Part shown: piece after piece, positions 1 to 8,779 of the stretch | Layout of the letters: each line of letters begins with the position of its first letter | Position numbering within the stretch: position 1 is the stretch's first letter | Origin: Elusimicrobia bacterium GWC2_61_19 | GTDB lineage: Bacteria; Elusimicrobiota; Elusimicrobia; Elusimicrobiales; UBA9959 | Direction of reading: 5' to 3' | NCBI GenBank assembly: GCA_001799795.1 | Contig: MGUD01000018.1 | Coordinates: 2,647 to 66,646 of the forward strand | Length of the DNA: 64,000 nt | The notes under the pieces: generated by a model | Database searches by the model: none | The model's input: the letters and a program-made list of their open reading frames with translations, nothing else | What the model was told of the DNA's origin: nothing | Position numbers and translations under genes: made by a program

Positions 1-282
1 ACTTCCGTAACCTACCAGACGCCGCTGGAAAAGCTTAAACTCGTGCCGGCCATGCTAAAGGAAGCGGTCGCCGGCCTGGAGAACGCCACCTTCGACCGGG
101 CCAACATGGCCGGGCTGGGGGATTTCTCCATAGATTTCGAAACGGTCTATTACCTGGAATCTCCGGATTACAACTTGCATATGCAGGCCCAGGAACGCCT
201 GCTGCAGGCCCTGATAGGGAAATTCGCCAAAGAAGGCATAGAGTTCGCCTATCCGACGCAGACACTTTACGTACAGAAATAA
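1..282 (+). CDS. MscS-family mechanosensitive channel, C-terminal fragment (5' end outside window)
   Basis: Frame 1 is open from nt 1 (TSVTYQTPLEKLKLVPAMLKEAV...) and runs into listed ORF 43..282. The C-terminal MscS-like pattern is present (..FSIDFETVYYLES.., ..EGIEFAYPTQTLY). Confidence 0.6.
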   Translation, partial: TSVTYQTPLEKLKLVPAMLKEAVAGLENATFDRANMAGLGDFSIDFETVYYLESPDYNLHMQAQERLLQALIGKFAKEGIEFAYPTQTLYVQK

Positions 283-297
283 GCAACGGAGGGAATT

Positions 298-1155
298 ATG
301 AAAAGAACCATATTAGCGGCCGCCCTGCTGGCGGTATTCGCCGGCGGCCTTTACGCCGCCGAGAAAGAAGTAGCCGTGGTCAACGGGCGGAAAATAGCCC
401 GCGAAGACCTGACCAAGAAACTCTGGTGGCAGTACGGGGCCCAGGGCCTTTCCGAACTCATAGACGAGCGGCTGCTGCTGGCGGAGGCCGCGCGCCTCGG
501 CGTAAAAGCCGACCCGAAGGAGGCCCAGGAGCGCTACAACAGCCTGTCCGCCGGTTACCCCGACAAGGCCCAGTTCGAGGCCAACCTGAAGTCCGTGGGC
601 TGGACCCCCGCCGACCTGCGCGCCCTTATCGACCGCCAGCTGACCATCCGCGCCACGGTGATAGCCGCCAGGAAACTGGCCGTCACGGACGCCGACGCCA
701 GGGACTTCTTCGACAAGAACAAAGAGCGCCTGGCCACCCCCGAGTCGCTGAAACTCAGCCAGATCTTCGTGAACACCAAAGCAGAAGCGGACGACGCCTA
801 CGAACTGCTGACCTCCGTCGGAGCGGACTTCGCCAAGCTCTCCAGCCTAAAGTCCACCGACGCCAACCTCAAGAAGAACAACGGCAGCCTGGGCTATATC
901 TCCAAGGGCATGCTGCTGCCCGAGATAGAGAAGGAAATATTCTCCCTGAAAGCCGGGCAGTACAGCAAAGTCCTGCCCACCGGCAACGGCTTCAGCATTT
1001 TCAAGGTGGAAGAGCGCAAACCGGGCCAGGACGCCTCGTTCGACAAGGTGAAAGACGAGCTCAAGGTCGCCCTGCTCAACCAGGCCGTCACCAAAGCCCT
1101 GCCCGAGCTGGCCGCGGAACTGCGCCAGAAGGCCAAGATAGAAATTATAAAGTAA
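298..1155 (+). CDS. Exported parvulin-type peptidyl-prolyl cis-trans isomerase (SurA/PrsA-like)
   Basis: GGAGGG lies just upstream of the ATG. Signal peptide MKRTILAAALLAVFAGGLYAA. C-terminal rotamase pattern GSLGYISKGMLLPEIEKEIFSLKAGQYSKVLPTGNGFSIFKVEE. Confidence 0.8.
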   Translation: MKRTILAAALLAVFAGGLYAAEKEVAVVNGRKIAREDLTKKLWWQYGAQGLSELIDERLLLAEAARLGVKADPKEAQERYNSLSAGYPDKAQFEANLKSVGWTPADLRALIDRQLTIRATVIAARKLAVTDADARDFFDKNKERLATPESLKLSQIFVNTKAEADDAYELLTSVGADFAKLSSLKSTDANLKKNNGSLGYISKGMLLPEIEKEIFSLKAGQYSKVLPTGNGFSIFKVEERKPGQDASFDKVKDELKVALLNQAVTKALPELAAELRQKAKIEIIK

Positions 1156-1178
1156 CTTAAGCCGAAGCGAAAAAAGAG

Positions 1179-1214
1179 AAGGCGGGCCGGATATTCCGGC
1201 CCGCCTTTCTTTTT
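1179..1214. terminator. Bidirectional intrinsic terminator between convergent genes
   Basis: 12-bp stem aaggcgggccgg/ccggcccgcctt with loop atatt. It is flanked by an A-run upstream and tctttttt downstream. Confidence 0.7.
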
Positions 1215-1228
1215 ACCCGCTTGGCTTT

Positions 1229-1969
1229 TTACGCGGCTTCCTCGGTGGAAACTTCCTTCTTACCCTTAGTGAAGAACGAGTGAGCTATGAAGTATATCAC
1301 CATGGCCGCCAGAATGACCTGGCTGGCGTAGAAATACTTGGCCGCGGAGTAGGTGTACAGGTCGTCGAAGCGCCCGTACAACAGCGAGAACCGGGCCATG
1401 ACGGTATTACCGAAGGCCGCGCCGAAGTAGACCATCAGGAAGTAGATGCCCACATTGGAGACTTTTTTAAGGTGGCCTTTATGCTCCACCGAGAAGAAGA
1501 AGTAGAAGAGCACGCAGATAGTACCGCCCGCCACCAGCAACGACCCGAAAATATTGAACGGGGTCATGGAAGCCAGCATGGAGAACGGCTTTATGGTGCC
1601 GCCTATCTGGCTGATGAAGTCCGTGGAAAGGCCGGCCGGGATGGCCAGGCCGGAGCCGTAGCCCATCATGAACGTGAAGCCGTAGCGGGAGATCCAGGAG
1701 ATCTTGGGGATGAACTGGGTCAGCAGTGAAATACCCAGGATGGAGGGGATTATCACCAGCATCTCGCCGTTGGAGACGGGTTCCCAGATCTTCGGCAGCC
1801 ACACGTTCGTGACCGACACCTGGAACAGCCAGCCCATGCCGGCGCCCAGGTACAGGTGCTCGGCGATCTTAAAGAACGGGTTGTCCTTGTAAAGGAAGCT
1901 GAAGAGGAAGATAGTGAGTCCCGCCGACACCCAACCGCCGATAATAAGCCATGTTTCTGACATAATCAC
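1229..1969 (-). CDS. Polytopic inner-membrane protein, unknown function (membrane module gene 4)
   Basis: The listed ORF starts at GTG 1969; ATG at 1963, preceded by GAGGTG, is the likelier start. Several hydrophobic helices. It begins 18 nt after the upstream gene. No family recognised. Confidence 0.7.
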   Translation of the reverse strand: MIMSETWLIIGGWVSAGLTIFLFSFLYKDNPFFKIAEHLYLGAGMGWLFQVSVTNVWLPKIWEPVSNGEMLVIIPSILGISLLTQFIPKISWISRYGFTFMMGYGSGLAIPAGLSTDFISQIGGTIKPFSMLASMTPFNIFGSLLVAGGTICVLFYFFFSVEHKGHLKKVSNVGIYFLMVYFGAAFGNTVMARFSLLYGRFDDLYTYSAAKYFYASQVILAAMVIYFIAHSFFTKGKKEVSTEEAA

Positions 1970-1987
1970 CTCAAGAGAAAGTTGTTA

Positions 1988-2812
1988 TCAAAAATATTTA
2001 ATGAACAGCAGAATGATGTTGGAAGTCAGGATAAGCACCAGCACCAGCAGGTGCGCCAGGTTAAGCGCGTCGATCCCGGAAGTGCCTTTGCCCGGCTGCT
2101 TGATGAGCGACTCGTACTCCGCCGCGCCCTTCATGCCGCCTATAAGGCCTTTCAACTGATTGGTCTGCAGGTAGGGCCCGTAGCCCGGCTGGCTGATGGC
2201 TGTAACGCCGCCGGCCACCGGCACGCTGTACTTGTCGCCGACGTAAGCCACCCAGTAATCCAGCAGCGCGGTACCGGTAACGCTTACGATAAGGGCCATA
2301 TCCTTATAGTTCTTCACGCCCTTCATGACGGGCATATCTTTGATGGGGGCACCGTTGCGGTCCTTGGCGTAAATACCGTAGAGGTCCGAAGACATCTGCG
2401 TCATGACCGCCAGCACATTGGGCTGGTACGGGAAAATAACATAATCCTGCCCGTCCGTTTTATTGTATTCCTTGGGGACCTTGGCGAAGACCTCTTCTAT
2501 CAGGCCCGTGGAGCCGGCTATATAGGTAACCACGCCCACGCGCAGGTTCCGGCTGAAGGCGTGCCGCACCAGCGCCATGGCCATAGGATGCAGTTCAGGC
2601 CTGGTCGAGGGGTCGTAGTCGAGCGATAAAAGCACGAAAGACCCGACGGGCAGTTTCTCGATATTATCGTAGACCCGGCGGGTGGCGGGGGAGATGGTCT
2701 TATTGGGCAGGCCGATAGGCTTCATTATCGGGACGAACAGCGTGACCGCCAGCAGCAGGAAGATCCAGCGCCTGTCTATCTTGAAGAATTTCTGAAGTTG
2801 TTCCTTGAGCAT
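1988..2812 (-). CDS. Bitopic membrane protein with large soluble middle domain, unknown function (module gene 3)
   Basis: N-terminal TM (WIFLLLAVTLFVPIM) and C-terminal TM (LLVLVLILTSNIILLFI) flank a ~220-aa domain. The start lies 3 nt after the upstream stop. Confidence 0.7.
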   Translation of the reverse strand: MLKEQLQKFFKIDRRWIFLLLAVTLFVPIMKPIGLPNKTISPATRRVYDNIEKLPVGSFVLLSLDYDPSTRPELHPMAMALVRHAFSRNLRVGVVTYIAGSTGLIEEVFAKVPKEYNKTDGQDYVIFPYQPNVLAVMTQMSSDLYGIYAKDRNGAPIKDMPVMKGVKNYKDMALIVSVTGTALLDYWVAYVGDKYSVPVAGGVTAISQPGYGPYLQTNQLKGLIGGMKGAAEYESLIKQPGKGTSGIDALNLAHLLVLVLILTSNIILLFIKYF

Positions 2813-2815
2813 GGC

Positions 2816-3484
2816 TTAATCCTTCCCCATATACTGTTTTTCGATGCCGAAGATTATTTTAAGCGAGGTCACGATAGCGCCGATGGAGATGCCTATCATG
2901 ATACCGCGTTTGCCGGCCACCGCGGGTACCTGCATGATCCATTCTATGACCTGGTCCACCCCGGCGCCGGTCCAGCCCAGCACCGAACTCCAGATTATCT
3001 GGCCCAGCGGAACTTTGCCGAGTATCAGGATGAAAGCCGCCACGAACAACACGAAAGCCTGCAGTGATTTTATCCTGAACGACCTGTAAGCGGTGGAAAC
3101 GATGTAGAAGGCCAGCACCGCGAACATGGTGCCCGAGAGGGCATTGTAGATGAACTTGAACGACCAGCCCAGCGGGGTCAGGCCGGCGTCGGTCATCTGC
3201 TTACCGTGGCTCAGGTAGGCGGGCAGCACCATGGCCAGGAAGCCCACGAACACGAAGACGCTGTAGCCCCAGCCGTCGGCGTGCCTCTTGATCTTATTGT
3301 AGTGCGAGAAGAACAGGCTGATGAGCCCCAGCAGAAAAGCGAAAGCGACCACGATATTTTCCCACTGGCTCAGGGTCTCGATGTAATTAACCGAGACCTT
3401 GTTGGGGACATAATAAGACACCAGTGTAAGAACACCGGTCACCATCACGATGGCTAAAGGTATATGTTTTTTTATCAGTTTCAT
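2816..3484 (-). CDS. Polytopic inner-membrane protein, unknown function (module gene 2)
   Basis: Multi-TM ORF separated by 3 nt from the upstream gene. No family recognised. Confidence 0.7.
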   Translation of the reverse strand: MKLIKKHIPLAIVMVTGVLTLVSYYVPNKVSVNYIETLSQWENIVVAFAFLLGLISLFFSHYNKIKRHADGWGYSVFVFVGFLAMVLPAYLSHGKQMTDAGLTPLGWSFKFIYNALSGTMFAVLAFYIVSTAYRSFRIKSLQAFVLFVAAFILILGKVPLGQIIWSSVLGWTGAGVDQVIEWIMQVPAVAGKRGIMIGISIGAIVTSLKIIFGIEKQYMGKD

Positions 3485-3487
3485 AAA

Positions 3488-4732
3488 TTAATAGCCTTTG
3501 AACAGGTGGAGCAGGCCGGCCACGAAATTGGTCCAGCCGAACTTCGCCCCCAGGACCACCAGGATCATGCCGAAGAAAGCCGAGACCATCACTATAAGCT
3601 TGCCGAAGTCCTGCACCTTGAGGGCGCTGAGCAGCATGGGCTCCTTGGACAGGTAGGCCCCCGCGGCGTAGAGTTCCTCGCCGATAAGCGTATAGTCGCA
3701 GGCCGTGAAGAAGAAAGGCAACTGGTGCTCCACGTCGGTGCCGGCGATCTGGATGGCGCCCGAGGTGGCGCCGACTTCGGCCAGCAGCAGGGATTCGGCC
3801 ATGAAGTAACCCATATAGAAACAGGCGGCCGGTTTTTCGCGCGAGATCATACCGTCTACCGAGGCCGCGTAAGAGAACTGGTCGGCGCTGACGAACTGGT
3901 TGACGTCCTCGCGGTAGGAATCCGGGCGGCCGGCTTCCAGGTAGGACTGCTTGACTATCTCCTTGCAGACGGTCATGACTATGGGGTCGTAATGCGGCAC
4001 TTTTATCTGGGAATCGTACTGGGCGACCTTTTTAGAAACCTCGCCCAGGATGAAAGCGGAGGCGATGGTGGAAATGGAGCTCATGGAGCCGATACCGGGC
4101 ACATAGAAGATGGGCTTGCCCATCTCGGTGGCGCGGCCGATGGCCTCGTCTATGGCGTCCAGACCCGCTATGCGGCGGATGAACAGGCCTTTGCGCTTGG
4201 CGTGCGACACCGCCCAGAAAAAGATAACGATGAGCACGATGAGCAGGATGAGGTTGTTGAGGCGGTCGAGGCGGAACCAGTTGCCCACCGGGGTCACGGC
4301 CACGGGCAGCGACTCCGCTATTACTTTCTTGCCTTTTTCGGCCGCCACTTTGAACTGAAAAACAGAGGCGGGCAGGCTCTCGCCGAAAAGGTTATTGAGC
4401 TCGACTTTTACCGCGTGCTCGTCGGCGGAACCGTTCCAGGCCCAGAAAGGCAGGTCGATATCCTTGCCGGTCCTGGCGTCGAAGGCGAACCTGTCGGCCT
4501 CCAGCCAGCCGCCGGTCTGAAGAGAAGAAGCGTAAACCACGTAAACAGTATCGGGGGTATCGGCGGGGTTCACCGGCCATCTGAGGACGGCCGCGTTGCC
4601 GACGTCGTAGGGCATGTCCCCGGCGGTGAAGCCGTTCAGGACCGCCGCGGCGGGGGCCGGTTTAGCGGCAAAAACGCTGCCGGCGGCAAAGAGCATTAAA
4701 ACAATAAGGGGGATCACTTTGGTTTTAATCAT
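3488..4732 (-). CDS. Signal-peptide protein with exported beta-rich domain, TM segments and a conserved-looking GLDAIDEAIGRATEMGKPIFYVPG domain; unknown function (module gene 1)
   Basis: Signal peptide MIKTKVIPLIVLMLFAAGSVFA. A ~130-aa exported domain is followed by a TM helix (LILLIVLIVIFFWAV), a ~200-aa domain and C-terminal TM helices. Confidence 0.7.
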   Translation of the reverse strand: MIKTKVIPLIVLMLFAAGSVFAAKPAPAAAVLNGFTAGDMPYDVGNAAVLRWPVNPADTPDTVYVVYASSLQTGGWLEADRFAFDARTGKDIDLPFWAWNGSADEHAVKVELNNLFGESLPASVFQFKVAAEKGKKVIAESLPVAVTPVGNWFRLDRLNNLILLIVLIVIFFWAVSHAKRKGLFIRRIAGLDAIDEAIGRATEMGKPIFYVPGIGSMSSISTIASAFILGEVSKKVAQYDSQIKVPHYDPIVMTVCKEIVKQSYLEAGRPDSYREDVNQFVSADQFSYAASVDGMISREKPAACFYMGYFMAESLLLAEVGATSGAIQIAGTDVEHQLPFFFTACDYTLIGEELYAAGAYLSKEPMLLSALKVQDFGKLIVMVSAFFGMILVVLGAKFGWTNFVAGLLHLFKGY

Positions 4733-4743
4733 AACTGTCTAAT

Positions 4744-4772
4744 AATATACACTTTATGGATTTTCCAGGCAA
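4744..4772 (-). promoter_or_regulatory. Candidate sigma70-type promoter for the four-gene membrane module
   Basis: On the minus strand: TTGCCT (4772..4767), 17-nt spacer, TATATT (4749..4744). ATG at 4732 is 11 nt downstream with no SD. The gap is AT-rich in a GC-rich region. Confidence 0.4.
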
Positions 4773-4781
4773 GGTCAAATG

Positions 4782-6542
4782 TCAGTTCTCCAGCAAATAG
4801 CTGGACACCCCGGCCCGCGAAGGCCCTGAGCTCAGGAATCTCTTTATCGCCGCGACGTGTTTCTGCATACCGGCCTTGTTCATATTTTCAAAAACGGCCT
4901 CTCTTGCCGCGCGGCTGATGTTTTTGGGCCAGAGCAGGTAAAGGGTGGCGGGGGCGCTGCCTTCTCCCTCATAGCGAAAAACTTTCATCAGTCTGTAAGG
5001 CTCAAGGAGAGAATCCAGCTGTTTGGCCGTAACATGCCATTGCGAGTACAAGTCCCTGTCCGCAAGGACATCTCCCGTCATGTACACGGGGACGGCCTGT
5101 GCATAGTAACGCGCGAGGCTGGCGCGCAGCTGCGCGACCGGGTCTTTTTTGTCCGCGTAGGCGTTCAGGATAGCCAGCTGGATGGAGATCCTTTTACGGT
5201 TGGAGAAATACGGGAGATAGACCTTCAACGCCCCGCCGGAGATCAGGACGGGGCTGTCCGGGTAGGTAAAGTGCGCGACCGCTTCGCAAAACCCGATGGC
5301 CGGCTTGACCTGCTTACCCAGATAATTAGGCACGATAAGCCGGAAGAAATTATTGCCGGCCAGAAGACCGACGAAGAGAAACCCGGCCGCGGGTAAAAAG
5401 CGGGCCTTCAGCGCCCGGACGCGCGCCTGGAACAGCGCCGCCAGCAGCCCGCAGCAGAGCGCGACATTGGTGGACCAGTAAATAGTGTTGGCCGGCTGCC
5501 AGACGGAGTACAGCAGCAGGAACAACGCGAAAGGCAGGCCGAAGGCGGCCGCGAGCGGCGCGCTTTCGGGTGTAAGGAGGGGGCGCTTTTTATCGCCGGA
5601 AGACGCGCTGAAGGCGGCCATGGCCGACAGGAGGAGCGCCGCGGCGGCGAGTACGGCCGCCGCTGATCCGCCGGTAAAGTAGAAAAAAGACAGGAGCAGG
5701 TTCTTTACCGGCAACAGTATGTGGGCGGGGATATTCAGGTCGAACTGCCCCAGGGGATTGCTCTCGGGTGAAACTCCGTTCACAAGCCCCGAACCCCACT
5801 GCCACCAGCGCGCCAAGCCGCCCCTGACAAAAAAACCGTGTATACCGGCGTAAGGCAGGAAGAAAACCAGGAATATGCCGGACAAAATACCGGCCTGCCT
5901 GAGGACCTCCTTGCGGTGATATAACAGCGCGGCAGCCGCGGCGGCCCAGAGGATATTATTGGCGATATGGAAACCGGAGGCCAGGCCGGCGAAAACACAC
6001 AGCCAGGTGAAAGCGGCCAGGGAAAATTCCCGGAAATACCTGTAGAGCGCCGCGCAGAAAAGAACGGTGAACAGCGTCCCGGCCAGGTACGGCTCCGCCC
6101 CGGTGGAGCGGCTCCAATACACATTGCTGACGCCGGCCAGCAGCGTCCAGAACAGCGCCGGCCGCCTGGAAAGGAGCCCGTTAAGAATGGCGAAGAAGAA
6201 GGCCAGGCCAAGCGCGCCGGCGGCCGCGTTGAACCACTGGATGGCCTCATAGGTCAGGCCGCCGAAGCCCAGGGCCCGGATTAGCACGTAGAAAAAGCGC
6301 GTGGCGGGGTACCAGAGGAAATGGTTCCATTCGAATATGACGGAGAGTTCGTTGAGGCCGAGAGGCGCCCTGATGATGCCGGCGTACAGGACCGAATCAT
6401 AAAAATACGAGTGGTCGAAAGTTACGGAATAAAGGAGCAGGAAAGCTATAAAAACGAAGACCGGGTCGGAGACCGCCTGAGGAACGGAACCGGAAATTAT
6501 CTCTTTAAACCGGCCACCGCCGGGGTTGGACTCCATAAGCAC
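4782..6542 (-). CDS. GT-C-like (ArnT/PMT/DUF2723-like) polytopic membrane glycosyltransferase, putative
   Basis: More than 10 hydrophobic helices plus a ~170-aa soluble C-terminal domain. Loop motif DHSYFYDSVLYAG after TM1. The listed start is GTG; ATG at 6536 is an alternative. Assigned by architecture only. Confidence 0.5.
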   Translation of the reverse strand: MLMESNPGGGRFKEIISGSVPQAVSDPVFVFIAFLLLYSVTFDHSYFYDSVLYAGIIRAPLGLNELSVIFEWNHFLWYPATRFFYVLIRALGFGGLTYEAIQWFNAAAGALGLAFFFAILNGLLSRRPALFWTLLAGVSNVYWSRSTGAEPYLAGTLFTVLFCAALYRYFREFSLAAFTWLCVFAGLASGFHIANNILWAAAAAALLYHRKEVLRQAGILSGIFLVFFLPYAGIHGFFVRGGLARWWQWGSGLVNGVSPESNPLGQFDLNIPAHILLPVKNLLLSFFYFTGGSAAAVLAAAALLLSAMAAFSASSGDKKRPLLTPESAPLAAAFGLPFALFLLLYSVWQPANTIYWSTNVALCCGLLAALFQARVRALKARFLPAAGFLFVGLLAGNNFFRLIVPNYLGKQVKPAIGFCEAVAHFTYPDSPVLISGGALKVYLPYFSNRKRISIQLAILNAYADKKDPVAQLRASLARYYAQAVPVYMTGDVLADRDLYSQWHVTAKQLDSLLEPYRLMKVFRYEGEGSAPATLYLLWPKNISRAAREAVFENMNKAGMQKHVAAIKRFLSSGPSRAGVSSYLLEN

Positions 6543-6565
6543 CCTTTCACTTAGCGCCCTAAGTC

Positions 6566-8725
6566 TTATTTCGCACCTATGTACCGGACGATGACTTCCC
6601 GCATGATGTTGAAAGCAGGGGAGACCCCGGGAGGGAGTTTAGACACAAGTTCATAAACGGCCACGCGGTTGACGGGACGGCCGTTGTCCATCTCTTCGTG
6701 GGCGTACACTTCCACTACGTGCTTATCCCAGAAGGCATCGTAGATCCCGCGGGCCCGGGCGTCCCAGTAGAACATATTGTAGGCCTTGCCCAGCCTTATG
6801 CCTTCGGCTGGATTCAGCAGCAGATGCGTTATTCCCTCGGCTTTCAGGCGCGAGTAAAGTTCCTCGCCCGTTTTGGCGGCGGCGGCGTACTCCACTATCG
6901 GGGTTTTGTCGAAAACGGAACTTACCATGAAATCTTTCCTGAAGTACGAACCGCGGGCGTCCCCTATAATCAGCGTTTTGGCGCCGGGCGGCAGTTTATA
7001 ATTGATGAACTGAATGGCCCCATAATGGCTGTAAGGGTAGGTGGGTTCGGTGACGGCCAGGTAAGCATCCTTGTCCACAAGGCCGAACACCGGCCGCCAG
7101 CGGCCCTGTGAATACAATATGAGGCCGGCCCAGTACACCCCGAAAGCGCAGGAGAACAGCGTCAGGATAGCGAGCGTTTTGCGCAGGAGCCTGTGCTGGC
7201 GGGCGTCGAGCGCCGCGGCTATCAGCAGGGCCGCCGCCGGGTAGACGGGCATCAGGAAGCGCACCATGGTGGAGGCGAAGGACCACAGCAGCCAGCCGCA
7301 GAGGAAATAGAGCCAGAACGGCGGCGTGCCCGCCGGCTGCAACAGGAACAGCAGCGGCAGCATGACCAGGAACAGAGGCGTGAAATAATTAGAATTGGGC
7401 AGGGCGCCCATCGTGACGTTCCACGGGTGCAGCAACCAGGCCTTCGGTTCCAGGGCGCTCATCTGCCGCGTTTCCACCATAAAGCCGCGCAGTTTATCCG
7501 GGTCCGCCCCGGACAGCCCGAAGACGGACGTCAGGAAGGGAAAGAAGGGATTGCCGCGGTACAGCCAATTCTTGGCCAGCCAGGGCAGCACCGGCAGGGC
7601 GGCCACGCCCGCGAACACCAGGGCAGCGCGCAGGGCGTTAGCGCGGTCGGCCCGCGCGCGCCAGAGCAGGACCAGGCCGGTGCCCACGGCCGGGAACAGG
7701 CCGGTGGTCTTTACCGCCATGCCGCAGCCGGAAAGAAAAGCCGCCAGCAGCAAAAAACGGTATTCTCCGGGCTCGTGGCGCAGGGCGGCGGCGAGCGCGC
7801 AGACCGAGAACAGGGTAAGCAGGTCTTCCGTGCCGGAGGACCAGGAGGCCATCATCGCCTGCGCTACGGTGTAGAAGATCAGCCCGGCCCAGAGGCCGGC
7901 GCGCAGCGTGAAATGCCGGCGGCCGATGCCGACTACGGCTACCAGGCTCAGGACCCCGGCCGCGTAGTTCAGCAGTTTGGGCACCATCTCGTCCTTAAGC
8001 AGCAGGCCGGCGGAATAGAGCATGCCGTGCAGCAGGAAGAGGTTGGAATACAGGTTATACGGCATGTCCGAGATACCATGCTTTATCGTATAGAAACTGG
8101 GCACGGCCAGGTGATAGACCAGAGAATCGTAAAAGATCTCGGGGCTGAGCGCGCCGATGAGGTTGAGCAGCAGCGCCGCGGCCAGCAGGGCCATGGCGAG
8201 CAGGTCGGGGAACTCCGGCCTGAAAGCGGGGGCGGGGGCTTCCGGGGGGATGGGATAATGTTTTCTGGAAAGCGCTCCCAGCGCCAGCGAAACCCCCAGG
8301 ACCAGGTATACCGGCCCCCTGTAAAGGAAACCGCAGGCGGCCAGAACAAGTATCAGGTGCCCTACGGCACCGAACCCCAGCGCTACCGAGAAAGCCGACT
8401 CTTCGCAGGCCGTCATGCGCCCGGGGTTAAGCGCGGCGGCCAGCAGGAACCTGCCCAGGCCGGCGCAGGCCAGGACAAAGAACAGGCCGGACAGCAGCGC
8501 GGAAAAATGTCCGGGCAGGGCCTTGAACAGGGCGGCGCTGAAATACTGCCCCGGCGAAAGGACGACAAAAAGCGAATTGAGATCGGGGGGATAATGCGAG
8601 AGGTAGGTCTTAAGGACCCAGCCGCCCCAGAGCAGGAAAGCGCCCCAGGCCAGCCAGGCCGGGAACCGGGGCGGCTCTGGCGCGGCAGGCGGAACGGCGG
8701 CGGCGTTTTTACGTTTTTTTGCCAT
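6566..8725 (-). CDS. GT-C-like polytopic membrane glycosyltransferase, putative (paralog of 4782..6542)
   Basis: 719 aa with many TM helices and a soluble C-terminal domain. It shares the motif SPEIFYDSLVYHL with its neighbour. Assigned by architecture only. Confidence 0.5.
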   Translation of the reverse strand: MAKKRKNAAAVPPAAPEPPRFPAWLAWGAFLLWGGWVLKTYLSHYPPDLNSLFVVLSPGQYFSAALFKALPGHFSALLSGLFFVLACAGLGRFLLAAALNPGRMTACEESAFSVALGFGAVGHLILVLAACGFLYRGPVYLVLGVSLALGALSRKHYPIPPEAPAPAFRPEFPDLLAMALLAAALLLNLIGALSPEIFYDSLVYHLAVPSFYTIKHGISDMPYNLYSNLFLLHGMLYSAGLLLKDEMVPKLLNYAAGVLSLVAVVGIGRRHFTLRAGLWAGLIFYTVAQAMMASWSSGTEDLLTLFSVCALAAALRHEPGEYRFLLLAAFLSGCGMAVKTTGLFPAVGTGLVLLWRARADRANALRAALVFAGVAALPVLPWLAKNWLYRGNPFFPFLTSVFGLSGADPDKLRGFMVETRQMSALEPKAWLLHPWNVTMGALPNSNYFTPLFLVMLPLLFLLQPAGTPPFWLYFLCGWLLWSFASTMVRFLMPVYPAAALLIAAALDARQHRLLRKTLAILTLFSCAFGVYWAGLILYSQGRWRPVFGLVDKDAYLAVTEPTYPYSHYGAIQFINYKLPPGAKTLIIGDARGSYFRKDFMVSSVFDKTPIVEYAAAAKTGEELYSRLKAEGITHLLLNPAEGIRLGKAYNMFYWDARARGIYDAFWDKHVVEVYAHEEMDNGRPVNRVAVYELVSKLPPGVSPAFNIMREVIVRYIGAK

Positions 8726-8768
8726 TAAACAAAAGCGGCCGCGCGGCGGGTTACCGGCGCAGGCCGCT
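8726..8768 (-). terminator. Intrinsic-terminator-like GC hairpin plus U-tract abutting the ATG of the 719-aa gene
   Basis: On the minus strand, stem agcggcc..ggccgct (8768..8734, with inner GC pairs) is followed by TTTTGTTTA and then ATG at 8725. Confidence 0.45.
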
Positions 8769-8779
8769 CGTAGGTCAGG

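Noticed and set aside
3464-8728. Long plus-strand ORFs (3464..4699 and 7193..8728)
   Set aside because: They are antisense to membrane-protein genes whose hydrophobic periodicity and tight gene coupling support the minus strand. Their translations are Gly/Arg/His-rich with no motifs.
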